Below are positions 41,284 through 54,134 of a DNA stretch of 64,000 bases, piece by piece. Source of the stretch: Phoronis australis (taxonomy: Eukaryota; Animalia; Phoronida); contig NMRA01000198.1 of the NCBI GenBank assembly GCA_002633005.1, forward strand, positions 256,045 through 320,044, in the 5' to 3' direction. The translations under genes and the position numbers were made by a program. The notes under the pieces were generated by a model that was not told the origin of the DNA, did not search any database, and saw only the letters and a list, made by a program, of their open reading frames with translations. The stretch's first letter is position 1, and the number at the start of each line of letters is the position of its first letter.

Positions 41284-43049
41284 ACCTACATTTCTCGATC
41301 TCCTTCTCACATATTGATATATCAAAAACAGTTCAAACAGGTCGGTCTCCCTTCTCGATATTTTTGCCAGTCGCCGGGCAGGGGGGGGAGAGAAAAGCGG
41401 AAAGATGTTACAAATCTTCCAATAACACTAAAATCTGCTTAAAATCAAACATGTTAGATTTCAATGAGTAACTGCAAATTCAGCGCATTTGTTTACCCAA
41501 GGTAGTATGGCATGTCTCAAACTTATTTTGCTCTGAGCCCCCCGGACTGAAGTTTCCCCCCCGGATACAGTGACACCATTTATGTTGAACTTGTGGGAGC
41601 ATGTAGGTACAGGATTTGTATATTATTTACACAGGATTTGGTGTATGCTGCCGGTCCCGGGCTGGAGTTTAGGGGGTCGTAGTTGAAATTTAAAGGTGCG
41701 TGTCATGGAATCTTTTCCGCCTCTTGTTATCTACAATGTGGATTTCTTGTTTTACAGATTACGGTAATCGCATGCATTGAGTGTATGAAATTTATGTACA
41801 GGAGAGAGCGAAAATAGCTACAGATTGCTATGAGGTGTGTAATTCCCATGACAATCAGCATTTCACGACAACACCTCACATAGTTGCCAACATTTTAAGA
41901 AGAAAACGGGACACCTGGATTGAAAAAGAGGGACATCCGAATAAAAAGCGGGACAGCTGCGTCTATGCCAAGAACGCAAGGTGGAAATGCCCGCCGCAAC
42001 ACAGACAGTGTTTTTCTTTTTAATTTTTGTGGGACATTCGGCTAATACGCATCTTATTACACTCTTGCATGTTAACCTATCCTTGTTCGCCAGCATCTCT
42101 GAATCCGAACTATGGAATAACAGCTCGTTCCTGAATAGTCACGTGACTGCCAATCTTGGAAGTGTTACCACGTTGACTTTCAAGTCAAACTTAGTGATTT
42201 TTAAACTATATTGCATATGGACGAAGTCTACTATTCAAACGACACACTAAACGCCATGTGTAAAGGTGCTGGCGTGGGCCCCTGTGAGTGACAATACGCT
42301 GGCCTCTCATTGTCTATTCTTGTGCGCCGACGGCGCTCTGGATTTGTCCTGGTTCCTAAAATGCAGCTTAGTTAGCCTTTCAGAAAACCGGGCGCTGGTC
42401 TAAGACATTTTAAAGAAACAACGTGTGGGAAGTTGTTAGCTGTGTCAAAACGAAAGATAAAAACGGAGAGGTTGTCCCAACGTTGTCGGTTAGTTTCGCT
42501 TCACTGCGCGAAAGAGTTGGGCAAAATGAAATATTCTGGAATCATGACATGTCACGAAAATATTATTTTGCTACTGAGTCATTTTCTTTGTGTGTTGGTC
42601 TGTCGTTTATTTGCCATTTTACTTATTGGTTCAAAAAAGTAAAATCCGACTGTTTCCGTCACATTTCAGTGATCTAAAATAGGTAAAACTGCAATAAACC
42701 GTACCAGCTAATTTTACCTATCTTATAGGACGTCCTTTCGTCTTCCCGGCACTGTTTCCAATAAATAAACTTGTTTACAAAACACGATTTTATTATTTTT
42801 ACGGACCTACTTACACGGTCCCATGCATTCGCTAATATCGGAACATTTCAATTGTACACCCCAAGTACACGAGGGTCTAGTTTTCCAAGAACGATTATCA
42901 TTTAACGGAACTTATTTTGGTGGTTCATTACTCTATCCAATACAAACTACTTTTGTGCAAAAATTGTTCACATTTTTGCCTGACTTTCTAGGGCAAAGAC
43001 TCTGCGGACATTTTGATATTAACCTTTTATTGCACTAGGTTCTTAGGAA

Positions 43050-46000
43050 ATGGACGTCGACGAAACTAATGTTGCGCTGAAGAACACTTTGGAAGAGGTG
43101 TCAGCGCATTGTGCAAACGAAAGTGATACAACACCCATCATTACATCCGAAAGCCACAACTCTGATGAAGAGAGTTCTGTCGACAACGATTTTACACATG
43201 CTGACAATTCTGCCAGTTCGACCTCCATCCATGGTCAGGATTCAGTCAATGACGTAAACGAACTCCCCAAAGAAAGCAGCGCCACCACACGTCCTTGGAT
43301 GACAGGATTAAAAGTTGCTGTCGTAAGTGCAACGGCGGTTGCAGGCGGCGTCTGTGCAGTACTGGCGGCTCCGTTGGTTTTACCTGGTGCGGCTGCAGCG
43401 TGCGGTGGGGCAGTCGCCACAGGTGAGTATAGGTCTGAAGACAACTGGGTTATTTCCGTGAGGAAAATCGCAATCATCATGTTTTCTTAAAGCTGCAATT
43501 CGCTCAGTTTTGCTGGCTAACAAACAAGCAAAGATCGAATAAGGCCTTTCACTCTCATAAAATCGATCTCGTAATATTCCTTACCGTGACTGGATTCAAT
43601 TTCTGTTACCAACTCAAATCAGTTTTAGGACTGAAAACGGAGAATATTCATGGTTGGTAGAGGCTTCATGACGTTATTGGCTTTGATCAGAGCTATAAAA
43701 TTTACTACCTCCCTCATTCCCCTTCCGACCTCGTTTTTCTCCAAATCGGCGGGAACGACTTCCACTCCACCTCCATATCGACCCCTCCTTTCTGGCCTCA
43801 CACCTCGTCACCTTCTCCCGTTTTCTATTAGTCGCTTGCAACGTCCGGCGCGTCGTTGTGGGTCAAGCGTTTCACGGTTCCAGGCTCCACTCCTTCAACT
43901 CCCTCCTTGCCAAAGAGTCTCACATTTGTTTCTGGACTCAAAGGGGCGGTTTCTGGGTTAACCCCAACCACCTCTACCGCCGGGACGGAGATCACTTCAA
44001 CAGCTTTAGCCTCCACAAACGTGCGTGTGGCCATGGGCCACCACCTCCGCCAACTGTAAACAAGTGTTTGTCTGCGAACGCGCTGTTTTCATGAAGTCAC
44101 TTTTTTGTCTTGTTCAAGTATCAAAAAAACAGCAAGCTGTTTTGCTCCTTCAAAGCAACGTCGTCATGTCCTTATCCTTCGTTGGAATAGAAATCAGTAC
44201 AATACGACACATGAAATAAAACAATGCGTATAATAAAACACATAAAATTCTAATTTCGGCTGATGTCAGTACTGCTTCGGTAGCTGTAACTAACCCGCTG
44301 TGACAAGCTACATAATGATTTGGGTCTGAGGCAATAATTAATCTCGTCAGAGCACGGAAAGTGATGAGAGCAACTATATCATGGTACAGGGGCATAGAAA
44401 TTAACTGTTCAGTTATTTTTTGTCAGAATGCCTGGGTTTAATGCACAATTGTAGACTGAACTGTTTACTTCTTGCTCACTTACAAAAGCGAAAATTATAA
44501 GCTACGTAACTCAATCCCCTCAAATGTGTTTAGAAAGAACCTTTCTGTATCATAAAAATGATTTCCAGCCACTGTCAGATTACTCAGGATATCGACAATT
44601 AAAATGCGATAGAATTAACAGGCGTGTAAGTTTTGAATGCATTATGTTAGAGTTGACCAAGGAAATATTCTACTTAATAAGTGATCAAACCGATTTTTAG
44701 GTATTTTTCTGGATGCAGCGACAACTGCCGGGGTGGCAGGCGCCGGCGGCCTTATAGGCGCTGGGGTCGGAGCCGGCGTGGCTCACGCAATACACAGACA
44801 GCACGAGAGGGTTGGGCAACGACAAGACGGTAAGAACCTATAACAGCTTATTATTTAAAATGACTTATTCTTATTAAAATGACATAGGCAAGAAATTGAA
44901 TTTCAGGCCTCAAAAGCGAGGCCCCTATGTTAATATAGGAGGCCCGCCGAAAGGCGGCTGGAGAGCGGTGAAATAATATAGTATATTATTTCACCGTGCA
45001 TTTTCTGAGCTAACTTATACTTATCTCAATTGAATGTATGTTACTCTTCAAGCTGTGGCATAATGCAAATCAAAAATAAACCAATTTCTGGACTTACTTT
45101 ATATAAATGATAACGTACGAGCGTCCCCATCTCGAAGACTTCTATGATTGTCTAAAAGCTAAGTGTCGGGGTGTCGGCATTGGCGGAGATTGTTGTCACG
45201 TGGTTGTGACTTAATTTCTGTGGTTCGTGATGTAATACATTATTTACTAAGAAAGAAAGGAATTCGGTAGCAACAAAGTGGTTTTAAAACGTTGTAGGTA
45301 CACAGATTGGGCGTTCCATAAGGCTAAGGAATAAAAACATTGGGATCAGAGCCAGGACAAGACGGACCCCCAAGGTTCTCTTGACTACCTCATATATCCC
45401 TGGAATTTCGGACCGTGTGAAAAAAAACATCTCCACCAACACGGGGTTACCACAGGATCCAAACCAATTAAATCTCTTAGGAGCAAATTATTTAATGTAA
45501 AATGTTCCAATGGTGTATTTGGGATAAAGTGTGGGAACGAAGAATGTCCAGAGTGCAATGTTGGAGAAAAGGAAGCAGGCGCTTAAAGTAGGATTTATCA
45601 ACACTGTCGCCCTAACTATGGAGATAACTATGACTCAGCAGTGTTTAGTCACATTTGGGCATCAGAATATGATTTTTCTATGGAAAATGTGTTGATCCTT
45701 AATTGATACTGAAGATGATTGGTTTTCACGTGGTGTAAGAAAGACGATTCACGAGAGAATTGAGTCCCCAGCCTCAACAGACACGAAGGACTGAGACATA
45801 ATCTATCAGCTGTTTGGAATAATGTATCACATCACCAACCAAAGAAATTATGTCACAACCCAAGTGACAACAATCTCCGCCAATGCCTATACGCCACCAC
45901 TTCGTCTTCAGACGATCTGCTAAAGTCTGGGGACGTTACATTATCACATACACAAAGTAAGTCTAGAAATTGACTTATTTTTGATTTGCATTATGCTTAT

Positions 46001-46200
46001 CTCGTTATATAAGTATCTTCATATAACGGAAATCATTGATCCTTGACATTTTGTGTATGTGCGCTGTATTAAATGGAATTACTTTGTTATTGGGTGTAGA
46101 CCTTTGGATCTCTGCTGTATGCATACATATGCATATGCATATATATGCAGTGTGCATATGCATGTTTATATGAATGCATATGCATGCATATGCAGTATGC

Positions 46201-46282
<82 letters not shown>

Positions 46283-47665
46283 ACTGTTCATTGACACTTC
46301 ATTTATAGAGGCATTTCGCCACTCTCTAGCTTTCGGATTTGCAAACATTGCCACGCTCATCCGATGGTCAATCCTTGTCGAATGAGCCGGGGTTTGCCAA
46401 AAACCAATAAAGTCTGGAAGTCTCGATGTTCTTGTGGACAAAGACCACAATTCGAGTAGTTGATTTTGACGCTAAATCACTGATCTAGGTCAATAAAGCC
46501 TTTGTTTGCACCCTGCCCTAAGACACCTAAAAAAGACATAAATTACAGAAAGCACACTCGATGGTGGTTCTCAAAGATGAAGAAATCCACGTCTTTTGTA
46601 CCTTGCTACGTCCACCGGAAAATAATTGTGGTGCCAAAAATGACCATAAATGCATATTTGGCCTTTTGGTACCTAAAATCCCAAATTTACTACTGCCCCG
46701 GTGCAAAGGACAACTTGAGAAAAGAATACATACGTTCTTGCACTCTAAATTCCATAAATTTATATTAAAATATGACATTACCAACCAGACTTTTGCCAAT
46801 TTCCACATGTCTGAAGAGTACCTGTATTCATGCCAAAAATTCCCCACTGAACAAAACTGCTTTGAAAATGCTGGGACTTCCGTATCCTGCAGAGGTCAGA
46901 TTTACTCAAAACAACTTTAAGAAACTATTGAATACCATTCGTGTTAATTACATCCCTAGTCCACAAAAATTGCGGTCCAACCTGACCCACTACATTTTCT
47001 TCATATTCGAGGAGAGCTCCAAAGGCCCGAACAGTTGCCTTAGACCTGTTGATAACAAAGGCCCGAACCGTGACCTTACACATGTTGGTAACGGAAATAT
47101 AATCCTGGAGCATGGGCGGCGCACCATAGGGGGCTGACTGTTGGGTGGCTGGGGGCGCTTTAGCACCCCACTTTTTTCAGTGCACCGCCGCCCATGGTCT
47201 ATGGGCGGTGCACCACAAGGGGGCTAGGGGGGGCTATAGCCCCCCCCCCCCACTTTTTTCAGTGCTGCGCCGTCCATGTAGAGGACAGTTAAACAGTGGG
47301 GAATGCAGCTATGAAAACGTGACAAGTCTACTCATTACCAAGGCCATTGTATCGCGGAATCACTTTCCGTGAATAGATCTGTGTTCTCATACTGCAGATG
47401 TTAGAAGATATCGGATATCTTCGCGAGAAAGCCTCAAGAATCAATGTGATTCGTGTATGCCCATTTTACAGGACAACCACCAGCACCCTCAAGCGACAAC
47501 CAAGGCAGGCTGTGCGTTGTGTGCCATGAGAAAGACAAGGGCGTCTTATTTCTTCCATGCCGCCATATTTGTGCTTGCACGAATTGCTCGAATCAGCTGA
47601 CACAGTGTCCGATTTGTAACACAAATATTACGGAATTAGACCTCAAGGCAAACAAGCTTTTGTAG
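43050..47665 (+). CDS. Gene B: paralog of gene A (eroded IFI27-like segment plus C3HC4 RING), 231 aa. Exons 43050-43422, 44701-44829, 47472-47665
   Basis: Phase-1 GT-AG introns; 373+129+194=696 nt, open. Reads ...VAVVSATAVAGGVCAVLAAPLVLPGAAAACGGAVATG|IFLDAATTAGVAGAGGLIGAGVGAGVAHAIHRQHERVGQRQDG|QPPAPSSDNQGRLCVVCHEKDKGVLFLPCRHICACTNCSNQLTQCPICNTNITELDLKANKLL*. Flanking intron sequence also aligns with gene A. Confidence 0.88.
45058..45996 (+). mobile_element. Penelope-like element fragment (GIY-YIG endonuclease relic) with inverted pLTR, in a gene B intron
   Basis: Degenerate YIPGISDRVK...GVFGIKCGNEECPECNVGE...DSAVFSHI...WFSRGV...GLRHNLSAVWN at ~45390-45820. Inverted repeat arms at ~45058-45245 and ~45818-45996. 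Confidence 0.75.
46118..46280. repeat. Compound microsatellite (ATGC-like, TA, CA)
   Basis: Directly visible. Confidence 0.95.
47111..47278. mobile_element. Two adjacent ~80 bp hAT-like mini-elements
   Basis: catgggcggcgcac...gtgcaccgccgcccatg at 47111-47196 and a similar copy at ~47200-47278. Confidence 0.6.
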
Positions 47666-50200
47666 TCAGAGCCATCATATTCCACTTATAACAGTAATGG
47701 ATCTTCACTTCATACGATAATTTGCATTTATTTCGAAATTGCGAATTTTCACCAACATTCTGGTTGTAGCTTAGGCTTGTTTAGTGTGTGTCATAAAATG
47801 TTGATTCACGCTGTTCCTTGCTTTTTATTGTTCTTAAGAGCTATAGTCGTCTTTTTAAAAAAAACTTCAATTAGAATACCGCAACCTACAAAATTTATTT
47901 TTTTTAATCTTTTGAATTACCACAACTTAAAACAGCATTATATTTCATGATATGACATGTGTTTTGTTCATCAATGGCCGTTTCAGCTAATTCCAGCAAC
48001 CTGTTTAGGAGCTGGATTGTGCTCCCTTAGGGCGCAACTTGTAGCCGCACTCAACTCGAGTGCGGTTCTGGCCACGCGCTACAAAAATGTTCAAGCCATG
48101 GAAATCGAACGCAACGACCAATGTAGCGCTAGCACAGGGCCAGCTTACCGCACAGGATGCGACAGTTATTGCGCGCCGATTACTGAGATTCCCTTATGTC
48201 TGAGTTCTACGCGGCTTTACGGAAATATGAGCAAATTACGGAAAGAGGGACCAGACAAAAATATTCTCAGGGATCTTTTTCGGAAAAGAATAGACGGTTA
48301 TAGGGAAAGTGCAAAGAAAAACGTTAGGGCAACCGCTTGCACCTCACTGAAATGTCGTTTTTCTTGCATAAGCTGTTTTGTGAAAAGGGATATCACAAAA
48401 CTTGCTTGTATTTTACGTATCATTCAAATGTGCCACGTGAAACACTGAGGCATCCCGTGCCACAGCGCGCAAGTGCATAATTCTGGAGTTACATGGCACA
48501 AAACTACGCAAGGGGCAACAAAAATTGGTTCAACAGAATTGAAAAAACTTTGAAACTGATGTTTCTTGTCACATTGAGACATACATGTAATTTTGATTGC
48601 TTCGATATGAACAAGCGGAAACCAAAGTAGGCCTACTCTTATTACAAGGATGGCAATGGGTCCGCTGTAACGAGTTCATACTGTAATGACAAGCTGCATT
48701 AATAGTAAACCCAAAGGACCCGTTTATAGGCCTTCCTAAAGCAAAAAAACAAGATTTTTTCTCAGCAAATTTAACAAGTATTTTACTCATTTGCGATGAA
48801 ATATGGGATGAAGCGAGTGCGTACGCCCATGATCAGCGCTCTTTCGGAATTTTTTAGAAAATGCGCCTAGTGGCGGCCATTTTTCTAAGTCGATACGCTA
48901 GTGAGATTCCGAGCTTAGTCTCGACACACTTAGCCTATCGCTTGCGTTGGTGTTGCGAGATTTCGCTTTTATTGCAAGAAATTGGCTCCACGGAACACAA
49001 CCTGCTTGAATCCCTTTGGAATCGTTTTCCTATGCATTCTCGCCCATATCCCTGTAAGATGCCTTTGTGCATTTACAATTCATCATTTACTTCTTCGCTG
49101 AAGTGTGTCGTATTACCCGGTTCACATGCTGGCTAAAACGCTAGCGCTTTCGCTAGCATTTTCGCTTGCAGCAAAAACGCCAGTTATGTGTACGGTCACA
49201 GGCGTCACGTTTGCTGGCGCTTTGATGGAGGTTTGAGTTACCCCAAAACTACCAAAACTACTGGCGTATTCGCTAGCACTTTTGTAGCCAGACCGCTTAC
49301 TTCAAAGGACTCACATGTGCGCAGGGGTAAGAGACCATTTTTTCAATCGTTACGTCAACGAATTTATGGCAGAAATTTCGTTGAAAGTTTGTCAGAATCT
49401 TGCTGATTATTTGGCTGACACACCGTGACGTCACAAATATCTACAAGTATAAAGAGATCATTGAATGCTTTGTCCAGTAATAGCAAACATCAGTTTTTAA
49501 TGTCGACCGACCTCAGGCTGTCGGAATAGCACAAATTGGCTATTTTTCGTTTACCGCCTCACAGCAATGTCACAAAACCGATCACGCTGTGTTATAAGTG
49601 AAAGTAAATACATACATACTTTTTCATAGAACCTAAAGATCTCTAAGCTTTCATTTTGAATTTACTTGATACCTTTTAACAGCAAAAAGTTTGTTTATCT
49701 TTCATGATATTGGCTAGAACATGTGAATCTTCAAGTCAAAGACATGACAGATGAATTTCAGAATTTTCGTTTTACTTATAATGTAGGCCTATATTTGGAA
49801 ATTTAATTACAAGAATGTCTACGAACCGCAGCTATTTTCTTTGTCTTGCCAATAGTGAGCAAATAATTGAATTTTTTTATTTTACAAGACAATAAAGCAT
49901 GTTATTTTAAGGCTCCTAAACCCGGATATTTAAACACTTTTCCATACTGCACTCTGAAATAAAATAATGCTCTGGTGCACATCAACCTTCAAAAGTTAAA
50001 AAGAAGATTTTAAGAACCCCTTAATTACTAAATATCTTCAACAGGCAAGCGTGAACAACCCTTTAGGTCATTTACACGATAGGGGACAGAACACGATTAG
50101 TTGAAATTTCCAAAACAGGGTTTAATATCATTTTAATTATATTCCGAATACATTAAGACATAAAGTTTTTATCAGGTGAGTAAATTTGATATAACTTGCA

Positions 50201-50305
50201 GGTACTCACAGTAGGCCTACTAGAATCACCAGTGCTGGTACTCGCAGTAGGCCTACTAGAATCAGCAGTGCTGGTGCACACGGCAGGCCTACTAGAATCA
50301 CCAGT
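50201..50305. repeat. 36 bp tandem repeat x3
   Basis: Unit ggtactcacagtaggcctactagaatcaccagtgct. Confidence 0.85.
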
Positions 50306-51963
50306 AGATGCCTCAACAAATCGTAAGTTACCTTGAAGCTAGTTGACAATTTTTCGTAATGCATACTCGACATAGTTCAAAACTCACCCAGATATTTTTT
50401 TCGATATATTCTTAATTTGTCACAATGAAACGAACGCAATGATTAAGTGCTGTTCAATGATTTTGGCAACATGGTATTCATAATGTTTAGTGTGGTGTCC
50501 AGTATTGTTATGTAGCACGTATTCTGATATGGGTCCGTATGGGAATCCCCGAGCAGGTGACTTTTAGCGGCAGTCGAAAAAACAAGACGCGTCGTCCCAT
50601 TTGTTATCGGGCAATCAATTTTCTGGTGTTTATTCTGAATTGTAGTTTATACTGTACAAAAATGATGTTAAGGCTTTTCATCCATGGCTTTTTGAAGCCG
50701 AAGATCTGAACGCTGTGCGATTCCGGTCGCAGTTGGCGAGTATGTGTCCGGTGTTGGAATAGACGAAGATAGTCTGTTTAATGTGGTGGAAAATACGTGG
50801 AGAGTCACGAAAAGACATTAATTTGGTCTTTTCATATCATACGATATTCAAATTGATTAAAATTGCTACATTTAAAACTATTTATTCGATTGATTAACAC
50901 ACGTGCTAATACGGGCCCCTGTCTCCGACCCGGAGTCCGGGCGGATAACTGAGAGCGCCTTAACTGTCGAAGAGGCATCAGACAACTTTCTAGTGTTTTT
51001 TCTTAAGTGTAGTTTACTCCATAAAAAACTGATGTCAGGAACTTTGCATTAATGTCATTTTGAAGCGGAAGGTGTGAGCGCTGTGCAATTCTGATAAGGG
51101 CCGCTGGCGAGTGTGTCCCGAATTGGAATCGGCGACGAAAGGTCGTTTAAAAAGGTGCACGTATGTGGAAACCTAGGACTCATTAATTTGGTCTGTCCAT
51201 ATAAGGCAATATTCAACTTAGTGAAAAATCCTATATTAGGAACTTAATTTTCAAATAATTCGCTATTCCGATTTAGGCCGGATTCCGATATGGGCCTCAG
51301 TGGCCCAATTCACTGCCGCGCATTTATTGCACCTGAGTGCAAACCTGAGACACACATTAATTTGGTCTGACCATATCATAATGCAATCAGAACAATAATT
51401 CGCCGCCACCCGCCATTTCATTGAGCAGCCTAGAAGACAATAGCAACTTGATAATGAGAATATCTTTAATTTTTAAACTCTAAAACGTTGTGTCGATTTC
51501 ATGAAAATGTAGTTTAGGCTAAATAAATGATTTGTATTCATTTCAAACGTTTCAATTTACGATCATGACACGGGACGCCCGCGCCTTATTCGGACCAAAT
51601 CGGAACTGATATTCCGATTAAGATATGAGCCTCAGCGGACATCTCCGGCACAGTTCACTGCTGCGCATTTATTGCGCCAGTGCGTAGGCCTATGGTGCAT
51701 GGTGATTGGATGATACGCGTGGCCCAGCAACTGACTCTGAATCAGTGTCCATGTTGATAGGGCCACGGTTACAATTCGACTCCCAGACTTTTTTTACTGG
51801 ACGTCATTTCTAAAATCACAAGCAAGAATGGGTCGGAGACCTGCTATTTGGTGCGCTCAGTCGTCGGAGACCTCTGTACTGGTCGCACGGCTCAGCCGCG
51901 GGATCTGCCTGCTCTGCACCGGCGGCGCCGGGTAGTCTCCTGCACAGACCCTCTAGCTATCCG

Positions 51964-52007
51964 TGACGTCAGCGGGTGAGGCCCGGATAACTGACGAGGA
52001 AATTCCC
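51964..52007 (+). promoter_or_regulatory. CRE plus NF-kB site in a CpG-rich patch; candidate promoter of gene C
   Basis: TGACGTCA at 51964-51971 and GGAAATTCCC at 51998-52007 (reverse complement GGGAATTTCC). GC/CpG-rich at ~51840-52000, with a gtgag donor at ~52072. The gene C ATG exon begins with an acceptor at 55693. Confidence 0.5.
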
Positions 52008-52683
52008 TTTTAGCGTTTGTGTGAACTAAACAAGTAGGTCAGTCAAGACTTCCAAGAAGACTGGAAAGAATGTGAGCGGCTTCTCGTATTCGGTACTACT
52101 ATACAATTTGTGTCCATTACATTGATCAGCCATCACTTAGGCCTATCTATTGCGAAACATTCTTTGGCTACTCTATGTAAAGGTTGGTGTATGATAATCT
52201 GTTGTATGAACAAGTAAATTTAGTTACAAAAATGAAACTATCGAGTCAGCCTGCGAACTAGGCACCTGCGGACATTGTCAATTTGCCTTAACCCTTACAT
52301 AGCCCTGGATGCCATAGCACCTGTGACAACATTACCAGCCTACACATAGGCCTACTACAAAAGTTTCTGGCTTACAATCAAACCCTTCCTATGAAAAAGG
52401 TTCATACAACCGACACCACAAAATTCCGACAAAACAAAAGTATACTCGATCACTAGAGTCGTCCATGACTAATTCTTTATCAACGACGTAGGCAACACGT
52501 CGTAGCCCCTCAGCTGCCAGTGACATTCAGGGCGATGTAATTGCCTACATAAACGTAGCCTAAGGTGTGAACGCTCCCACCTACGGGAACCGCCCCAGCC
52601 TCCGTGTAACTAGCATTTTCAGAGAGTATCTGCGAAATCTCACTAAGCTCCCAGAAATGGTATCAGTAATGTACCTGCAAAAC

Positions 52684-54134
52684 GGATTGTACTAAAACCC
52701 CCTGGACCCCCACGACCTACAATCGCCTCGACCCACGACCTACAACCCCGTTGACCCAGTCTACACAAGCTCAACTCGATCTGAACGTAGAACAAGTGCT
52801 GACTTGCAGGACCAATTTGTTGAGCCATGAGCTTGGCTGGCTTTTCCCTGTTTTTGCTATTAAGAGAGTCAATTCGACAAGTTTGAAAGCCAAAAACAGG
52901 AAAAGAAAGCAATGCGACCAAATACCGTAAAATGAAAGACCTACCAATGGGCCTTTATGCAGCCTATGTCCTGGGCCGTCCAAATGGACCCCCTAGCACT
53001 AATCTGGATGCCCTGGCAAAGATGCCCAATGAATCATTGGACGCCCACTGTCAATCAGAACCTTTCAAGTTTGGACACACACATTGTAATGATTACTAGG
53101 AAGCTCAGGCACATAGCTGAAGAGAGAAGTGAGCTCACAGTGCTGGCTCTTTTTTCAAATCAGGAAGAAATACACAACTATACGATGTATATACAATGTT
53201 GCCATGTTCAAACTAGATTGAAAGCATTGTGTATCCAACACCTTTCAAGCATTAGCACATATTTGGTTGTCAACTGCAGCTCCGATGACTCATTTTACAT
53301 AGCTATTTATGATGATATGATAAACTTTATAATGTCAACATGATTCGAGATCACCAAAAACAATACATAGTGCATAACCAAATATCTAATATTTGTTTGG
53401 GAAGCTATTTCACTGTTTTCCTAAATTTAGATGTAAAAGCCTTAGTCTACACATTTTTTGTAAAAACCGCACTGTGTGTAGGGGATTGCTGGTGAAAGGT
53501 CGTGGGGGTGGGGGTTACGTGTCGTTGGAATCATGGACGCCCTGAAATATTGGGAACCCCATTTTGGATATCCTATTTTCGAAGTAATGGATAAAGCTCT
53601 GCCTACCAAGGTTACAAATGTCGTTCCCCGGGCAGAGTGTAATCGTCTCGTCTCAATGGCAGATTCAACCTTTTTTGGAAGGAGTGCGACAAAACTGTAA
53701 TTTTATCAGTAAATTATGTTTGAAAAACAAACTGTTATAGTAAGTTATAAAGTATTTCAACATTATATGGAATATATGAGAATACAAGAGAAAGAATTAT
53801 TTACATTCACATTAATGTACTCTCTCTTCCTAAGTTTAGTGGAACTGGGCCATTGGTAGTCGCTTGTGGAACTATTTCCGTGACAACGATAGCGCATTCA
53901 CAATATTTCAGGACACGTTCTCACACCACCCCTTTCTGTTTTTAATCACCAGTCTTGAGTCATAGCAGTCTCGCGTGTAGGTATGTCTTATGGGAAAATC
54001 GGCTCAGCTGCGTAATAAGATTATGAAATATGTAAAAAACTCAATAATACCCCTATTGGCACAGGTCATGGGTTGAGTGGGTTGTGGGTCAAGGGGGTTG
54101 TGAGTCGAGAGGTGTGGGGGTTTTATAACAATCC
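52684..54134. mobile_element. Mutator/MULE-type non-autonomous element nested in the LINE
   Basis: TIRs ggattgtactaaaacccc / ggggttttataacaatcc. 9 bp TSD ctgcaaaac / ctgccaaac (1 mismatch). Excision restores the LINE reading frame. Confidence 0.8.

Noticed and set aside
43650-44094. Overlapping GC-rich ORFs in the first coding intron of gene B as an extra exon
   Set aside because: No recognisable domain, no counterpart in gene A and no convincing phase-1 splice pair. Probably a TE fragment.
46005-46450. ORFs with CVCVCV/THTHTH tracts
   Set aside because: These are translations of the microsatellite.
47957-48448. 163-aa ORF
   Set aside because: No recognisable motif or splice structure, and it lies in repeat-like sequence downstream of gene B.
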